A DNA stretch of 64,000 nt, taken from NCBI GenBank assembly GCA_050695655.1, contig JBOGTU010000264.1, positions 35 through 64,034 on the forward strand. The letters are read 5' to 3'. Position numbers and translations under genes: made by a program. Each line of letters begins with the position of its first letter. The stretch's first letter is position 1. Origin of the DNA: Chloroflexota bacterium (GTDB lineage Bacteria; Chloroflexota; JAJPGV01). The notes under the pieces were generated by a model. The model saw only the letters and a program-made list of their open reading frames with translations. It ran no database searches and was not told where the DNA came from. Below, piece by piece: positions 1-9,256 of the stretch.

Positions 1-83
1 TAGTCGGGGTCGGCCTTGAAGCCGTCGAAAAAGTGCTCCGCGTCAAAGAACGTGGTGCGCCCGCGCGACTTGAGGTAGGCGAT
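1..83. repeat. 83-bp exact direct repeat; copy 1 at the window edge, copy 2 at 337..419
   Basis: Bases 1-83 are identical to 337-419 (tagtcggggtcggccttgaagccgtcgaaaaagtgctccgcgtcaaagaacgtggtgcgcccgcgcgacttgaggtaggcgat). Both copies lie in-frame inside the LeuA-like CDS and re-encode IAYLKSRGRTTFFDAEHFFDGFKADPDY. Confidence 0.9.
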
Positions 84-800
84 GACTAATAGATCGCCAT
101 AGCCGTTGATGGTGCCCTGGATGTGGCTGGCGCCGGCCTCGACCGCGGCCAGGGTATTGGCGACTGCCAGCTCGGAATCGTTGTGAGCATGGATGCCGAT
201 GCGCGTGCCTGGCACCGCTTCCACAGCCTGGCGCACCATGGCGTGCACATCGGCTGGCAGCGTGCCGCCGTTGGTGTCGCACAGCACGATGCAGTCCGCA
301 CCGGCGGCGGCCGCCGCGCGCAGGCAGCGCGTGGAGTAGTCGGGGTCGGCCTTGAAGCCGTCGAAAAAGTGCTCCGCGTCAAAGAACGTGGTGCGCCCGC
401 GCGACTTGAGGTAGGCGATCGAGTCGCCCACCATCTCCAGGTTCTCGTCCAGCGTGGTGTTGAGCACGTCGCGCACCTGCCAGGCCGAGCTCTTGCCCAC
501 CAGGCATACCACCGGCGCGCCGGATTGAATGAGAAAGCCGAGCGTGGGATCCGTTTCCGCCGCGCCATGAGCTTTGCGGGTGCTGCCGAAGGCGCACAGA
601 CGCGCGTGTTCCAGGCGCAGCTGGCGCGCCTGCTGGAAGAACTCGATGTCCTTGGGGTTGGCTCCGGGCCAGCCGCCCTCGATGTAGTGGATGCCGAGGT
701 GGTCGATCTTGCGGGCGATCTCCAGCTTGTCTTTCACCGAGAGTGAGATGCCCTCGCGCTGCGTCCCGTCACGCAGGGTGGTGTCGTACAGCTCAAGCAT
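1..800 (-). CDS. 2-isopropylmalate/citramalate synthase family (LeuA/CimA-like), N-terminal part; gene continues beyond window start
   Basis: Manual minus-strand translation from ATG (complement of 798-800) gives MLELYDTTLRDGTQREG...IEGGWPGANPKDIEFF...HAHNDSELAVANTLAAVEAGASHIQGTINGYG, the HMGL-like/LeuA catalytic-domain signature. Frame stays open to position 1. Not in the ORF track because it is truncated by the window edge. Contains an anomalous 83-bp internal duplication (see repeat feature). Confidence 0.8.
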   Translation of the reverse strand, partial: MLELYDTTLRDGTQREGISLSVKDKLEIARKIDHLGIHYIEGGWPGANPKDIEFFQQARQLRLEHARLCAFGSTRKAHGAAETDPTLGFLIQSGAPVVCLVGKSSAWQVRDVLNTTLDENLEMVGDSIAYLKSRGRTTFFDAEHFFDGFKADPDYSTRCLRAAAAAGADCIVLCDTNGGTLPADVHAMVRQAVEAVPGTRIGIHAHNDSELAVANTLAAVEAGASHIQGTINGYGDLLVIAYLKSRGRTTFFDAEHFFDGFKADPD

Positions 801-1004
801 GATGGTGGTGCCTGTTCCTTCCTTTCCTCCGCTCTCCCGAGCGAGGGCCAACAAAAAACCCCCCGCCTGGGCGCGAGGGGCAAACGTTTTCCGGCTTGGT
901 CCAGCGTGACGCTAGCTCGGTGGCGTTCCCCCGAGCTGAATAATCATGATGCCGGCCTTGTGTTGCATAGTATGGCTACTGTACCGCCCGTCGCTCCCCT
1001 ACAC

Positions 1005-1202
1005 CTAGCCTTCGACCTGAAAGTCGAGGTAGTGCGAGTGTGGCAGCTGATTCACCCAGTAGTCGATAGTCTTGCCAGGCGCCAGCTTCAGGATGTTTTC
1101 AGCGCGGCCCTGGCCAACCAGGCTGCCATCGGCCTGCTCGACGATGGCGCCGGCATCGTCCCCACTCTTCATTGTTAGCTTGATCTGTCGCATTGGGGAC
1201 AA
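1005..1202 (-). CDS. hypothetical small protein (65 aa)
   Basis: ORF-track ORF with high GC3 and coding-like composition; no family recognised. Confidence 0.3.
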   Translation of the reverse strand: MSPMRQIKLTMKSGDDAGAIVEQADGSLVGQGRAENILKLAPGKTIDYWVNQLPHSHYLDFQVEG

Positions 1203-1234
1203 GCTTACCAGACGGTGCGGCCGGCGCTGACGAA

Positions 1235-1621
1235 TCAGGCCAGCAGGGGGTCCATCGCGAGGACGAGGACGTTGCCCAGTGGATCCGCCCCAAGGTCATC
1301 CACCAGCAGGCGATCCAGCCACAGGCCGAATTCGTTTGGGACCAGCTTGGGGCTGATCATGAATAGGCCATCGACCGCCCCACGCCGCACCAGTGCTGCT
1401 TGCCGGGCGGGATCGTCTGGCTCCAGCTGGCACACGCAGGTGATGGCGTTACCGTGGCGCGTCAGAAGAAAGCGCCCGGCCGAAGTATCGAACGCCATGC
1501 TCCGGTTCTCGACGCCCTGAGCCAGCCGTTCGAATTGAACCGCCAGGAAGCCCTGGCGAGTGCGCGCATCCAATCCTCTTCTCCCGCTGCTAACTGTAGG
1601 TGGCGAAGGTGCGTTTGCCAT
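1235..1621 (-). CDS. VOC (glyoxalase/bleomycin-resistance) family protein
   Basis: C-terminal ...GLFMISPKLVPNEFGLWLDRLLVDDLGADPLGNVLVLAMDP resembles the VOC beta-alpha-beta-beta-beta module; start uncertain. Confidence 0.5.
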   Translation of the reverse strand: MANAPSPPTVSSGRRGLDARTRQGFLAVQFERLAQGVENRSMAFDTSAGRFLLTRHGNAITCVCQLEPDDPARQAALVRRGAVDGLFMISPKLVPNEFGLWLDRLLVDDLGADPLGNVLVLAMDPLLA

Positions 1622-1663
1622 TTGTCGGCCCGGGACAAAGGTGGCACCGGGCGCTGGTTCGCG

Positions 1664-2198
1664 TCAGGCAGCAGCCTGAGCCAGATCAAGCGCCCGGCTG
1701 GGCAGCGCGAATGCCAGCCCCTTCTGGTTCTCCTGGCGAGCGAGGCGGTCGAGGTTCGCGCCCACAAAGCGGGGCCACTTGGCCGCTTCCGGAGTGGCCA
1801 GCACATCCGCCGCGTGCTGCAGGCTGGTGAGTGTGTGGACGATGAGCCCAATCTCCGAGCGCTGGTAGAACCAGCGCGCATAAGCCTGCGTGATCTTGGG
1901 ATAAAGCGGACCCTTCTGGTCGCCCGTGAGCTTCTGCAGGGCGCTGGTAGAGAACTTGGTGATGGGCAGCGTGGACTGCACGTTCTGTGCGTGAGCGGCC
2001 ACCAGCTCCGGCTCCAGCGCGGCCTGTCGCCCGGCGGATCGGCCTCCCCACAGCCAGCTGTCCACCACTGTGGAGTGCAGCAGCTCCACGCCGCCGCTGC
2101 GTCCCAGTTCCAGCAGGCCACGCACGGCCTCCGTTTCGGGGGCCGTCTTCTGCTCGATGAGCAAGCTGAGCGAGGCAGTGTCTAAGTACACGCGCATG
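1664..2198 (-). CDS. hypothetical protein with PIN-like N-terminus (MRVYLDTASLSLLIEQ...)
   Basis: Internal ATG at complement 2196-2198 gives MRVYLDTASLSLLIEQKTAPETEAV... The upstream part of ORF 1664..2602 is low-complexity R/A/P-rich and overlaps the WecA-like gene. The acidic-residue pattern is only weakly PIN-like. Confidence 0.4.
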
Positions 2199-2229
2199 GC
2201 AGGAGGGATCGTAGCAAGGCCCCCGCGGC

Positions 2230-3357
2230 TCAGCTGGCGGCGGGGCGTTTGCGGGTGAGGTAGGCGAGGATGGCCCCTACCACCAGCAGCAAGCCCACAA
2301 AGCCGTAGATCTTCACACCCCAGCCGGAGCTGTGCAGGCTGGTGAAGGCCAGTGCGTAGGCGCCAAAGGCCGCTGATATGCCGTAGTACAGCACCAGCGT
2401 TTTGCGCTGGGAGAGCCCCACGTCCAGCAGGCGGTGAAAGAGGTGGCCGCGATCGCCTCGCCAGAAGGGCTGCCGGCGCAGGCTTCGCAGCACGATCAGC
2501 AGCGCAACGTCGAACACGGGCACGCCGATCACCAGCAGCGCGGTGGAGAGCTTGGCCCCGCCGATGATGGACATGGTGGCCAGCGTGTAGCCCAGGAACC
2601 ACGAGCCGCTGCTGCCCATGAACTGACGCGCGGGGGGCAGGTTATGCGGCAGGAAGCCGGCCGCGGCGCCTGTGAGGGCCAGGCACTCCAGGGCAACGCC
2701 GGGCTGGTTCAGCCGTACGGACGCGAAAGCCAGCACGGCCGCGCCAATGGCGACAACGCCCGCGGCCAGGCCATCCATGCCGTCCAGAAAGTTGACGGTG
2801 TTGATGGTGCCAGTGATCCAGAACAGCGTCACCGGCACGGCGATCACCAGGGGGAAGTGCAGCAGCCCACCGAAGGGCCCACCGATGCGCGGGTCGCGGA
2901 TGGCAACGATGCTCACCCCAAAGGCGATGGCGATGCCGGCCGCCAGCAGCTGACCGGCGAACTGCACCACGGGCGGGAGCTCGCGGGACGGTGGCCGCAA
3001 CTTGTCATCCAGCAGGGCCACCGCCAGGCACACGGCCGCGCCGACCAGCACGCTGGCCAGCTTCGGGTCCAGCGGATGGCGGCTGACGAGCAGCCCCGCC
3101 ACAAAAGCCAGGTACATGGATACGCCGCCAACGCGCGCGCGGATGCCGGTGTGCTTGCGACGCTCGTCCGGCCGGTCCACCATGCCGGCCCGCGTGGCCA
3201 GGTGCCGCTCCGGTATCGCCAGGAGGTACGAAACCAGCGCCGCCGCCGCGAACGTGGCGAGCGCACTGAAGATCAGATCGCTGGGCCTGCCCGCGAGATC
3301 ACCCGGCAGTGGCGCCTGTGGTCGGCTGTTCGATCTCGCCGCAGCCTGGAACAGCAA
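2230..3357 (-). CDS. glycosyltransferase family 4 (WecA/MraY-like UDP-HexNAc:polyprenyl-phosphate HexNAc-1-P transferase)
   Basis: Has [21 protein letters not shown] and [12 protein letters not shown] (the NxxDGxDGL motif) and multiple TM segments. The annotated start overlaps the glyA 3' end by 58 nt, so the true start may be slightly downstream. Confidence 0.8.
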   Translation of the reverse strand: MLFQAAARSNSRPQAPLPGDLAGRPSDLIFSALATFAAAALVSYLLAIPERHLATRAGMVDRPDERRKHTGIRARVGGVSMYLAFVAGLLVSRHPLDPKLASVLVGAAVCLAVALLDDKLRPPSRELPPVVQFAGQLLAAGIAIAFGVSIVAIRDPRIGGPFGGLLHFPLVIAVPVTLFWITGTINTVNFLDGMDGLAAGVVAIGAAVLAFASVRLNQPGVALECLALTGAAAGFLPHNLPPARQFMGSSGSWFLGYTLATMSIIGGAKLSTALLVIGVPVFDVALLIVLRSLRRQPFWRGDRGHLFHRLLDVGLSQRKTLVLYYGISAAFGAYALAFTSLHSSGWGVKIYGFVGLLLVVGAILAYLTRKRPAAS

Positions 3358-4576
3358 ACTGGCGGCACAGCGCCCCTACCTCAGAGCGCAGGGCCGCGGC
3401 CAGCCGCTCGTCCTGTGGGGCGCGCACCACCTCGCATATCCACTGGCCGATGCGCTCCATCTCAGCCGTGCCCATGCCCCGCGTGGTGGCGGCAGGGGTG
3501 CCCAGCCGGATGCCGCTGGTGACCGTGGCCGGCAGCGGGTCAAAGGGAATCTTGTTTTTGTTCACGGTGATGCCGGCACGGTCGAGCGCGGCCTCCGCGT
3601 CCCGCCCGCTCACGCCGGCGGGCGAGACGTCGACCAGCAGCAGGTGGTTGTCTGTGCCACCACTCACGAGCTTCAGCCCGCCGGCCACGAGTGCTTCGCC
3701 CAGGACGCGCGCGTTCTCCACCACCTGCCGCGCGTACGCGGCGAACGAAGGTTGCAGCGCCTCCAGGAAGCACACGGCCTTGCCGGCGATGATGTGCTCC
3801 AGCGGGCCGCCCTGGGTGTTGGGAAACACCGATGAGTCGATCTTCTGGCGCAGAGCCTCTTTGGCCAAGATGAGCCCGCCCCGCGGCCCGCGCAGCGTTT
3901 TGTGTGTGGTGGAGGTGACGATGTCCGAATAGAGGATCGGGCTGGGGTGCACCCCGGCGGCCACCAGGCCGGCGATGTGAGCCATGTCCGTCATCAGGAA
4001 CGCGCCGACGGCGTCGCACACCTGGCGCATGCGGGCGAAGTCGATGAGGCGGGGATAAGCGGATGCGCCGGCCACGATGACCCTGGGTTTGTGCGTTTGG
4101 GCCAGCCGTTCCATGTCGTCATAGTCGATGCGCTGGTCATCCCGCCGGACGCCGTAAGCCACGACGTTGAACAGCTTGCCGGAGAAGTTTGCCCGCGAGC
4201 CGTGCGTGAGATGCCCGCCCTGGTCCAGGCTGAGCCCCATGATGGTGTCGCCCGGCTTGATTACGGCCATGTAGGCGGCGTAATTCGCCTGCGCGCCCGA
4301 ATGCGGCTGCACGTTGGCGTGCTTGGCGCCGAACAACTGCTTGGCACGGTCGATGGCCAGCTGCTCGATGCCGTCCACAAACTCGCAGCCGCCATAGTAG
4401 CGGTGCCCCGGGAGCCCTTCCGCGTACTTGTTGGTGAGGATCGATCCCGCTGCCTCCAGCACCGCTGGGCTGGTGTAGTTCTCCGAAGCGATGAGCTCGA
4501 TGCCGTCGCGCATGCGCCCTTTTTCACGCTCGATCAGCGCCGCGATCGCTGGATCCGTCAGCGCAAGTGCAGCCAC
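3299..4576 (-). CDS. glyA: serine hydroxymethyltransferase
   Basis: 425 aa; ...[41 protein letters not shown]... and the PLP-lysine region [12 protein letters not shown]. Confidence 0.95.
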   Translation of the reverse strand: MAALALTDPAIAALIEREKGRMRDGIELIASENYTSPAVLEAAGSILTNKYAEGLPGHRYYGGCEFVDGIEQLAIDRAKQLFGAKHANVQPHSGAQANYAAYMAVIKPGDTIMGLSLDQGGHLTHGSRANFSGKLFNVVAYGVRRDDQRIDYDDMERLAQTHKPRVIVAGASAYPRLIDFARMRQVCDAVGAFLMTDMAHIAGLVAAGVHPSPILYSDIVTSTTHKTLRGPRGGLILAKEALRQKIDSSVFPNTQGGPLEHIIAGKAVCFLEALQPSFAAYARQVVENARVLGEALVAGGLKLVSGGTDNHLLLVDVSPAGVSGRDAEAALDRAGITVNKNKIPFDPLPATVTSGIRLGTPAATTRGMGTAEMERIGQWICEVVRAPQDERLAAALRSEVGALCRQFAVPGCGEIEQPTTGATAG

Positions 4577-4648
4577 TGAAACAGTATAAGGAACGCGGTT
4601 GGGCGGCGCCGAGGTGACCTGCTGGCAGCTACGCCGTTCCTGGCGGAT

Positions 4649-5326
4649 TCAGGCGTTGCCGTAGATGGGAATCGTGGCCCCACTCACGGCGGACCAGTGG
4701 TCCGAGGCCAGGTCCAGGATCACCGCCGCGATCGCCTCCGGTGGTACCCAGTCCTCGTGCTTGGCGCCAGGCATCGCCGCGCGGTTGGCAGGAGTGTCAA
4801 TGATGCTTGGGAGCACGGCGTTGACCGTGATGCCCGTTCCTTTGAGCTCGGCGGCCAGCGTGGAAGTGAGCGCCAGCACGCCGGATTTCGATACGGCGTA
4901 GGCGCTGAAGTTCGGGCTGGGCTGCACAGCCGAGCGGCTGGACAGGTTGATGATGCGCCCAAAGCCGCCCGCCAGCATGGCGGGAATGGCTGCCTTGGAG
5001 CAGATGAAGGCGCTCTTCAAGTTGAGCACCATGAGCTGGTCCCACGTTGTTGTGTCGGCTTCGGCGACCGGCGAGCCACCGGCAAATCCACCCGCGATGT
5101 TGATCAGCGCATCCAGATGGCCGCAGCTGGCGACGATTCGCTCCAGCGCGGGAAGGACAGCGGCTTCACTGGTGACATCGGCCTCTTCCACCAGCACGCC
5201 TGCCAGCTCAACGCGCCGGCGTACCAGCCCGGCCACGCGCCAGCCCGCGGCGGCGAAGCACTCACAGACCGCGATTCCCAGGCTTCCGGCTGCGCCGGTG
5301 ACCACCACGACGCGTGACTCAGGCAT
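4649..5326 (-). CDS. SDR family NAD(P)-dependent oxidoreductase
   Basis: VVVVTGAAGSLG glycine-rich loop and the Y-x3-K catalytic motif (YAVSK); 225 aa. Confidence 0.85.
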   Translation of the reverse strand: MPESRVVVVTGAAGSLGIAVCECFAAAGWRVAGLVRRRVELAGVLVEEADVTSEAAVLPALERIVASCGHLDALINIAGGFAGGSPVAEADTTTWDQLMVLNLKSAFICSKAAIPAMLAGGFGRIINLSSRSAVQPSPNFSAYAVSKSGVLALTSTLAAELKGTGITVNAVLPSIIDTPANRAAMPGAKHEDWVPPEAIAAVILDLASDHWSAVSGATIPIYGNA

Positions 5327-5449
5327 GATTCATTCACTCCCCTTCACAGCGTTGCCTCCAGCCTCCCGACAGCGCAAAGACCGGTCCCATGCGCCTGGCA
5401 GGACCAGCGCTTCATCAGCCCACGAAGGGCTCCGCCCGGGAGACGACAA

Positions 5450-5698
5450 TCAGGCGATGCGCTTGGCGACGGCGTCCTTGAGCTCCTGAAGCTCGGGGAA
5501 CTTGCCGGCGGCGGTCTTGGAATAGATGAGGTCACCATCGATCACAAATTCGAACTGGCCCCGCCCGCCCGGCTTAAGCGCGAATTCCCCGACATCCTCC
5601 TTAAATGTCTGCAGGATTTCGAGCGCCGTCCACGCGGCGCGAGGAGTGTAGTTTCAAGGAACGCAATACGTGAGCGATAAAGAAAGCTTCTTCTGCAT
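5450..5698 (-). CDS. SelW/Rdx-family selenoprotein with in-frame UGA (Sec) in a CxxU motif; 82 aa
   Basis: Manual translation of the minus strand from ATG (complement 5696-5698) gives MQKKLSLSLTYCVPU(TGA, complement 5654-5656)NYTPRAAWTALEILQTFKEDVGEFALKPGGRGQFEFVIDGDLIYSKTAAGKFPELQELKDAVAKRIA*. This matches SelW/Rdx hallmarks YCxxU...RAAW...EL...TF...G.FE(V/F).(V/I)DG.LI(Y/H)SK...G.FP. A GC hairpin (gcgccg-cgtgga-cggcgc) starts 13 nt after the UGA. Missed by the ORF track, which splits it at the TGA. Confidence 0.75.
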
Positions 5699-5765
5699 GG
5701 CCGCAGCTTATCAAAATTCGCCGAACAAGCCTGATGGCCGGTGCCGGCAAGTCGCGGCGCACCCT

Positions 5766-7013
5766 TCATTCCTCAGGTTCGATTGCGCGCGACAAGCGCT
5801 CGCGCTCCTCGGGCGGGCGGACTTTGGCGAACATGGCCAGGAGCAGCAGATCGTAGGCGCCCTTCACGGCGCCGGCCAGCACCAGGGGCCAGCCAAAGGA
5901 CGAGAGAGCGAGCATGTAGCCCGACAGGGCCGGACCGGCGGCGCTGGCCAGGCTGCGCGGCACGGCGGTCACACCCGCCGTTGCTGGCCGCTCGGCCGGC
6001 GTGACCACGGCCATGACGTATGAGCTGCGCGTTGGCACGTCCATTTGAGAGAGCGCGCTCCGGGCCATAAGCAGAGCCAGCGCCAGCGGCAGGTTGGGCA
6101 TGAATGGCACCAGCAGCAGCAAGACGTTGGCTGGCAAGTGACTGAACACCATCGTATTGATCAGGCCAAACCGGCTGGCCAGCCGCGCGGCCGCCAGGTA
6201 TGACCCGGCGCTGAGCAGGCCGGTGACGAAGAAGATGGTCCCGGCGGCGGCCAGCGACAAATGAAAGCGCTGGAACAGCCACAGCGCCAGGAGCGACTGC
6301 GCGATGAGCCCTCCGCCGAACGCGTCGATGCTGAACAGCCCGGCGAGCGCGTACACCCTGTGCTTCGATTCCCCAAGCGGCGCTGAGGGCTGGCCGCCCA
6401 CGCCTTCAACGCTGGGCGACAGCCGCCCGTAGAGCACAAACGCCATCGTGCCGACCAGCGCGTACAGCAGGAACATGGCCTGGAGCGCCACCAGCCGGTT
6501 GCTCGATGAGCCGCCGGCGAAGAGTGCCGGCAGGCCGGCGGCCAGCGCGCCGAACGCGCCCAACAGCGAACCCACCAAGCTGTAGCGGGCAAACAACGCC
6601 GTGCGCGACTTGTCGCTCACTGTTTGCGGCAGCAGCGACTGCTCCAGCGGCAGAAACACGCTCACGTCGCCGCTGGACGGATTCAGCGTCCCCACGAAGG
6701 CCACCAGCATCAGCGGCCAGAAGCTGTGCAGGAAGGCGAATCCTACGCCGGTGCCGGCCATCAGCACCGCCGCACTTAGCAGCAGCGGCCGGCGGCGGAG
6801 CCGGTAGGCCCCCAAGGCGACCGCCAGGGTCAGCACCGCTGACCCGGCCAGCGTTGCGCTGGAGATGGCGCCAATCCGCAAAGCATTGAATCCGATCAGC
6901 GTGAGATAGGCGGGCAGCAACACGCTGATCAGGCCATCCGCGAAGGCCCGCAGCCCGCGGCCAGCCAGGATGACGGCGGCGTCCGGGCTGGCCCCAAGCA
7001 CCGGCGGCGCCAA
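5766..7013 (-). CDS. MFS transporter
   Basis: 415 aa with about 12 predicted TM segments and typical MFS loop motifs. Confidence 0.85.
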   Translation of the reverse strand: MAPPVLGASPDAAVILAGRGLRAFADGLISVLLPAYLTLIGFNALRIGAISSATLAGSAVLTLAVALGAYRLRRRPLLLSAAVLMAGTGVGFAFLHSFWPLMLVAFVGTLNPSSGDVSVFLPLEQSLLPQTVSDKSRTALFARYSLVGSLLGAFGALAAGLPALFAGGSSSNRLVALQAMFLLYALVGTMAFVLYGRLSPSVEGVGGQPSAPLGESKHRVYALAGLFSIDAFGGGLIAQSLLALWLFQRFHLSLAAAGTIFFVTGLLSAGSYLAAARLASRFGLINTMVFSHLPANVLLLLVPFMPNLPLALALLMARSALSQMDVPTRSSYVMAVVTPAERPATAGVTAVPRSLASAAGPALSGYMLALSSFGWPLVLAGAVKGAYDLLLLAMFAKVRPPEERERLSRAIEPEE

Positions 7014-7027
7014 GCGGCGGATCAGGC

Positions 7028-7294
7028 TTACGGCTTCTTGACCTTGGGCAGCACGTCGCCACCCACCAGCTTCAAGGCATCGAACTTGCGGACGTTGGGC
7101 ATGTTGAACAGGGCGCGCCGCACGCCCAACTCGCGCCCGCCGGCCAGCGTGCCAATAACCGTGCGGGCGCGATCCTCGAGGGGCGGCGCTGCTGCCTGTT
7201 CTCGAACGCCTATAGGCTGCTCGGTATCCTCAGCGAAGCTGAGGATACCGAGCAGGGTGCGCATTTGATGGGCCGCGGCTGATGAGGACAGCAT
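7028..7294 (-). CDS. hypothetical protein (88 aa)
   Basis: ORF between the SBP and MFS genes on the same strand, with coding-like codon usage; no family recognised. Confidence 0.3.
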   Translation of the reverse strand: MLSSSAAAHQMRTLLGILSFAEDTEQPIGVREQAAAPPLEDRARTVIGTLAGGRELGVRRALFNMPNVRKFDALKLVGGDVLPKVKKP

Positions 7295-7347
7295 TCGCTC
7301 ACCGCGTGCCTTTCTGGCCGACCAGTCCAGCGGGTGCCCGCCCAGGC

Positions 7348-9090
7348 CTACCCCGCCAGGGCCTTCTCGAGCTCGGTTCGGATGTCGTTTCCACCGCCCG
7401 TTTGCCAGTCTTTCACAAGCTGGCCCAGTGTACTGACGGCTGCCCGGCCGTAGATGATGCTGTTGAGGCCGTCCGTGAGCTTTTGATTGAGAACAGCTCC
7501 TTTCGTCGCCGCAGTTTGTGAATAGAGGCCCACGACAGGGCTGGGGACGCCGATGTCGAGGGCCGCTGAGGTCGCCTCGGAAGCCGCCTTCGCAAAGGCC
7601 GTCGAGTGCTGGTCGTAAAGCACATCCGCCGGCGCGCTGAGCTTCCAGATCGGGAAACTGGTGACCTCGGATTGTCCCTGCTTGGTAAGAACGGGGTCGC
7701 CGTTCTTGGCGTATGAGAAGTCCTTGTCTTGGACGCCAAAATTGAGGAGCTGGTTCTCCTGGCTGCCGAACGGGGCGACCATGAAGTCCAGGATCCCGAG
7801 CAATTCCTTAATGCGATCCGGCGATGCTTTCTTCAACACCGTCAGCGAGCTCGAAGTGTTGCCGAGCAGTGATACGCCCGGCTTTCCGTCGTAACCGAAG
7901 ATCGGAACAATGGTGGGCTTAAAGTTGGGATCCTGGAGCACTGCCCGGTCCCAGGACAAGGCGTAGGCGTTGTAGCCATTCTGGTACATGATGACCTTGC
8001 CGGCATACCACTGCGCGACGGCGGTGGTGAGATTGAGGCTAGGCGAGTCAGGGTGCATCACGCCGGCGTCCCAGAGGCTCCGGACGAAGGCGACGGCTTC
8101 CTTGAATTCAGGGGTTTCGATGTCCTTGGTGAGCTTGCCGCCATCATTCCGCCAGTCGTTGGGTGTGCGGAAGACCTGCATGAACCAGCCCAGCGGGTTC
8201 CAGCTGTTGTAGCCGCTGCCCGTGCCTACCAGAGCGTACTGCGAGCCGGGCTTGGTGATCGCCTTGGCCCCCTTGAGGAAGTCGTCCTGGTTGGTGAAGC
8301 TGCTGAGGCCGGCGGCGTCCAGCACTTTGCCTTTGGCGAACATGGCCTGGCCCGTGATGCTCGCCGCCGGGACCGCGTACAGCTTCTTGTTGAACACGCC
8401 GTAGGGCCAGCGGAATGCTGGGAAGTTGGCCAGATTTGGGAAGGCCTTGATGGCGCTCCCACTCAAGTAGGGCGTCAGGTCGGCGCACGAGGTCTCCATG
8501 AACTGGGGCATGTTTTGCAGCGATGTGCCGATGACTGAGATGTAGAACATGTCGGGTAGAGCGCCGCCCGCCACCGTCGTCGTGAGCTTGGTGAGGTAGT
8601 CCGGAGCAGCCACTGCGTTCACGCTCAACGTGACGCCCAGCTGCTTGTTGACTTCCTGCCAGGCGGTGTTCTGACTCACCGGGGGTGGCGGCGCGCCGAT
8701 GGTGAAGGTCATGGTCGATACCGGGCCTCCCTTGCCGGGCACGCTCTGGACCGATTTCACCAGGTTTTTGGGGTAGGTCCCATAGGCTGGTGGGAGGCCC
8801 TTGTCGTTGCCCGGGATGTCCGGCTTTGGTCCGTTGAAGGCGACGAACGTGGGCGTCGTGAAGGTCGATGCCGCCGCCGCTCCTGCGCTGGCGGGCGCCC
8901 CGCTCGCAGCCCCACTGGCGGTAACACTGGCAGACGAGGATGCCGGGGAGGCCGCGCTGCCGCAGGCCTCAAGCAACAGTGGCAACGCCACCGTGCTGGC
9001 CAGCGCTCCACCGGCACCCCACCTGATGAACTGGCGCCGGGAGACGCTTGCGCGTTTCTCCGCTGCGCCGAACCCTTCCTCGATAGACAT
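7348..9090 (-). CDS. ABC transporter substrate-binding protein (extracellular solute-binding family 1), Tat/lipoprotein-type signal
   Basis: Start chosen at internal ATG (MSIEEGF...) preceding SRRQFIRWGAGGALAS (twin-arginine) and a Ser/Ala-rich linker. Paralogous to the partial SBP at 62404..64000. Confidence 0.85.
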   Translation of the reverse strand: MSIEEGFGAAEKRASVSRRQFIRWGAGGALASTVALPLLLEACGSAASPASSSASVTASGAASGAPASAGAAAASTFTTPTFVAFNGPKPDIPGNDKGLPPAYGTYPKNLVKSVQSVPGKGGPVSTMTFTIGAPPPPVSQNTAWQEVNKQLGVTLSVNAVAAPDYLTKLTTTVAGGALPDMFYISVIGTSLQNMPQFMETSCADLTPYLSGSAIKAFPNLANFPAFRWPYGVFNKKLYAVPAASITGQAMFAKGKVLDAAGLSSFTNQDDFLKGAKAITKPGSQYALVGTGSGYNSWNPLGWFMQVFRTPNDWRNDGGKLTKDIETPEFKEAVAFVRSLWDAGVMHPDSPSLNLTTAVAQWYAGKVIMYQNGYNAYALSWDRAVLQDPNFKPTIVPIFGYDGKPGVSLLGNTSSSLTVLKKASPDRIKELLGILDFMVAPFGSQENQLLNFGVQDKDFSYAKNGDPVLTKQGQSEVTSFPIWKLSAPADVLYDQHSTAFAKAASEATSAALDIGVPSPVVGLYSQTAATKGAVLNQKLTDGLNSIIYGRAAVSTLGQLVKDWQTGGGNDIRTELEKALAG

Positions 9091-9256
9091 AAGAGCGTGC
9101 TCCTGTGCTGGACTTCGGAGCATTATGCCATCGCGTCGCTTTGCTCGCAGGCACATGGGGACCGCGCCCGCAAGCCACATGGTCGCCTATACTGAGCTCC
9201 ATTGACGCGGACGTGAGGGTTTGGGCGTCGATTCAAGGCTGGGCGAGGAGGCCAAG

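Noticed and set aside
1400-2185. 261-aa plus-strand ORF opposite the PIN-like gene
   Set aside because: Low-complexity R/A/G/L-rich translation; the minus-strand alternative has a recognisable N-terminal motif.
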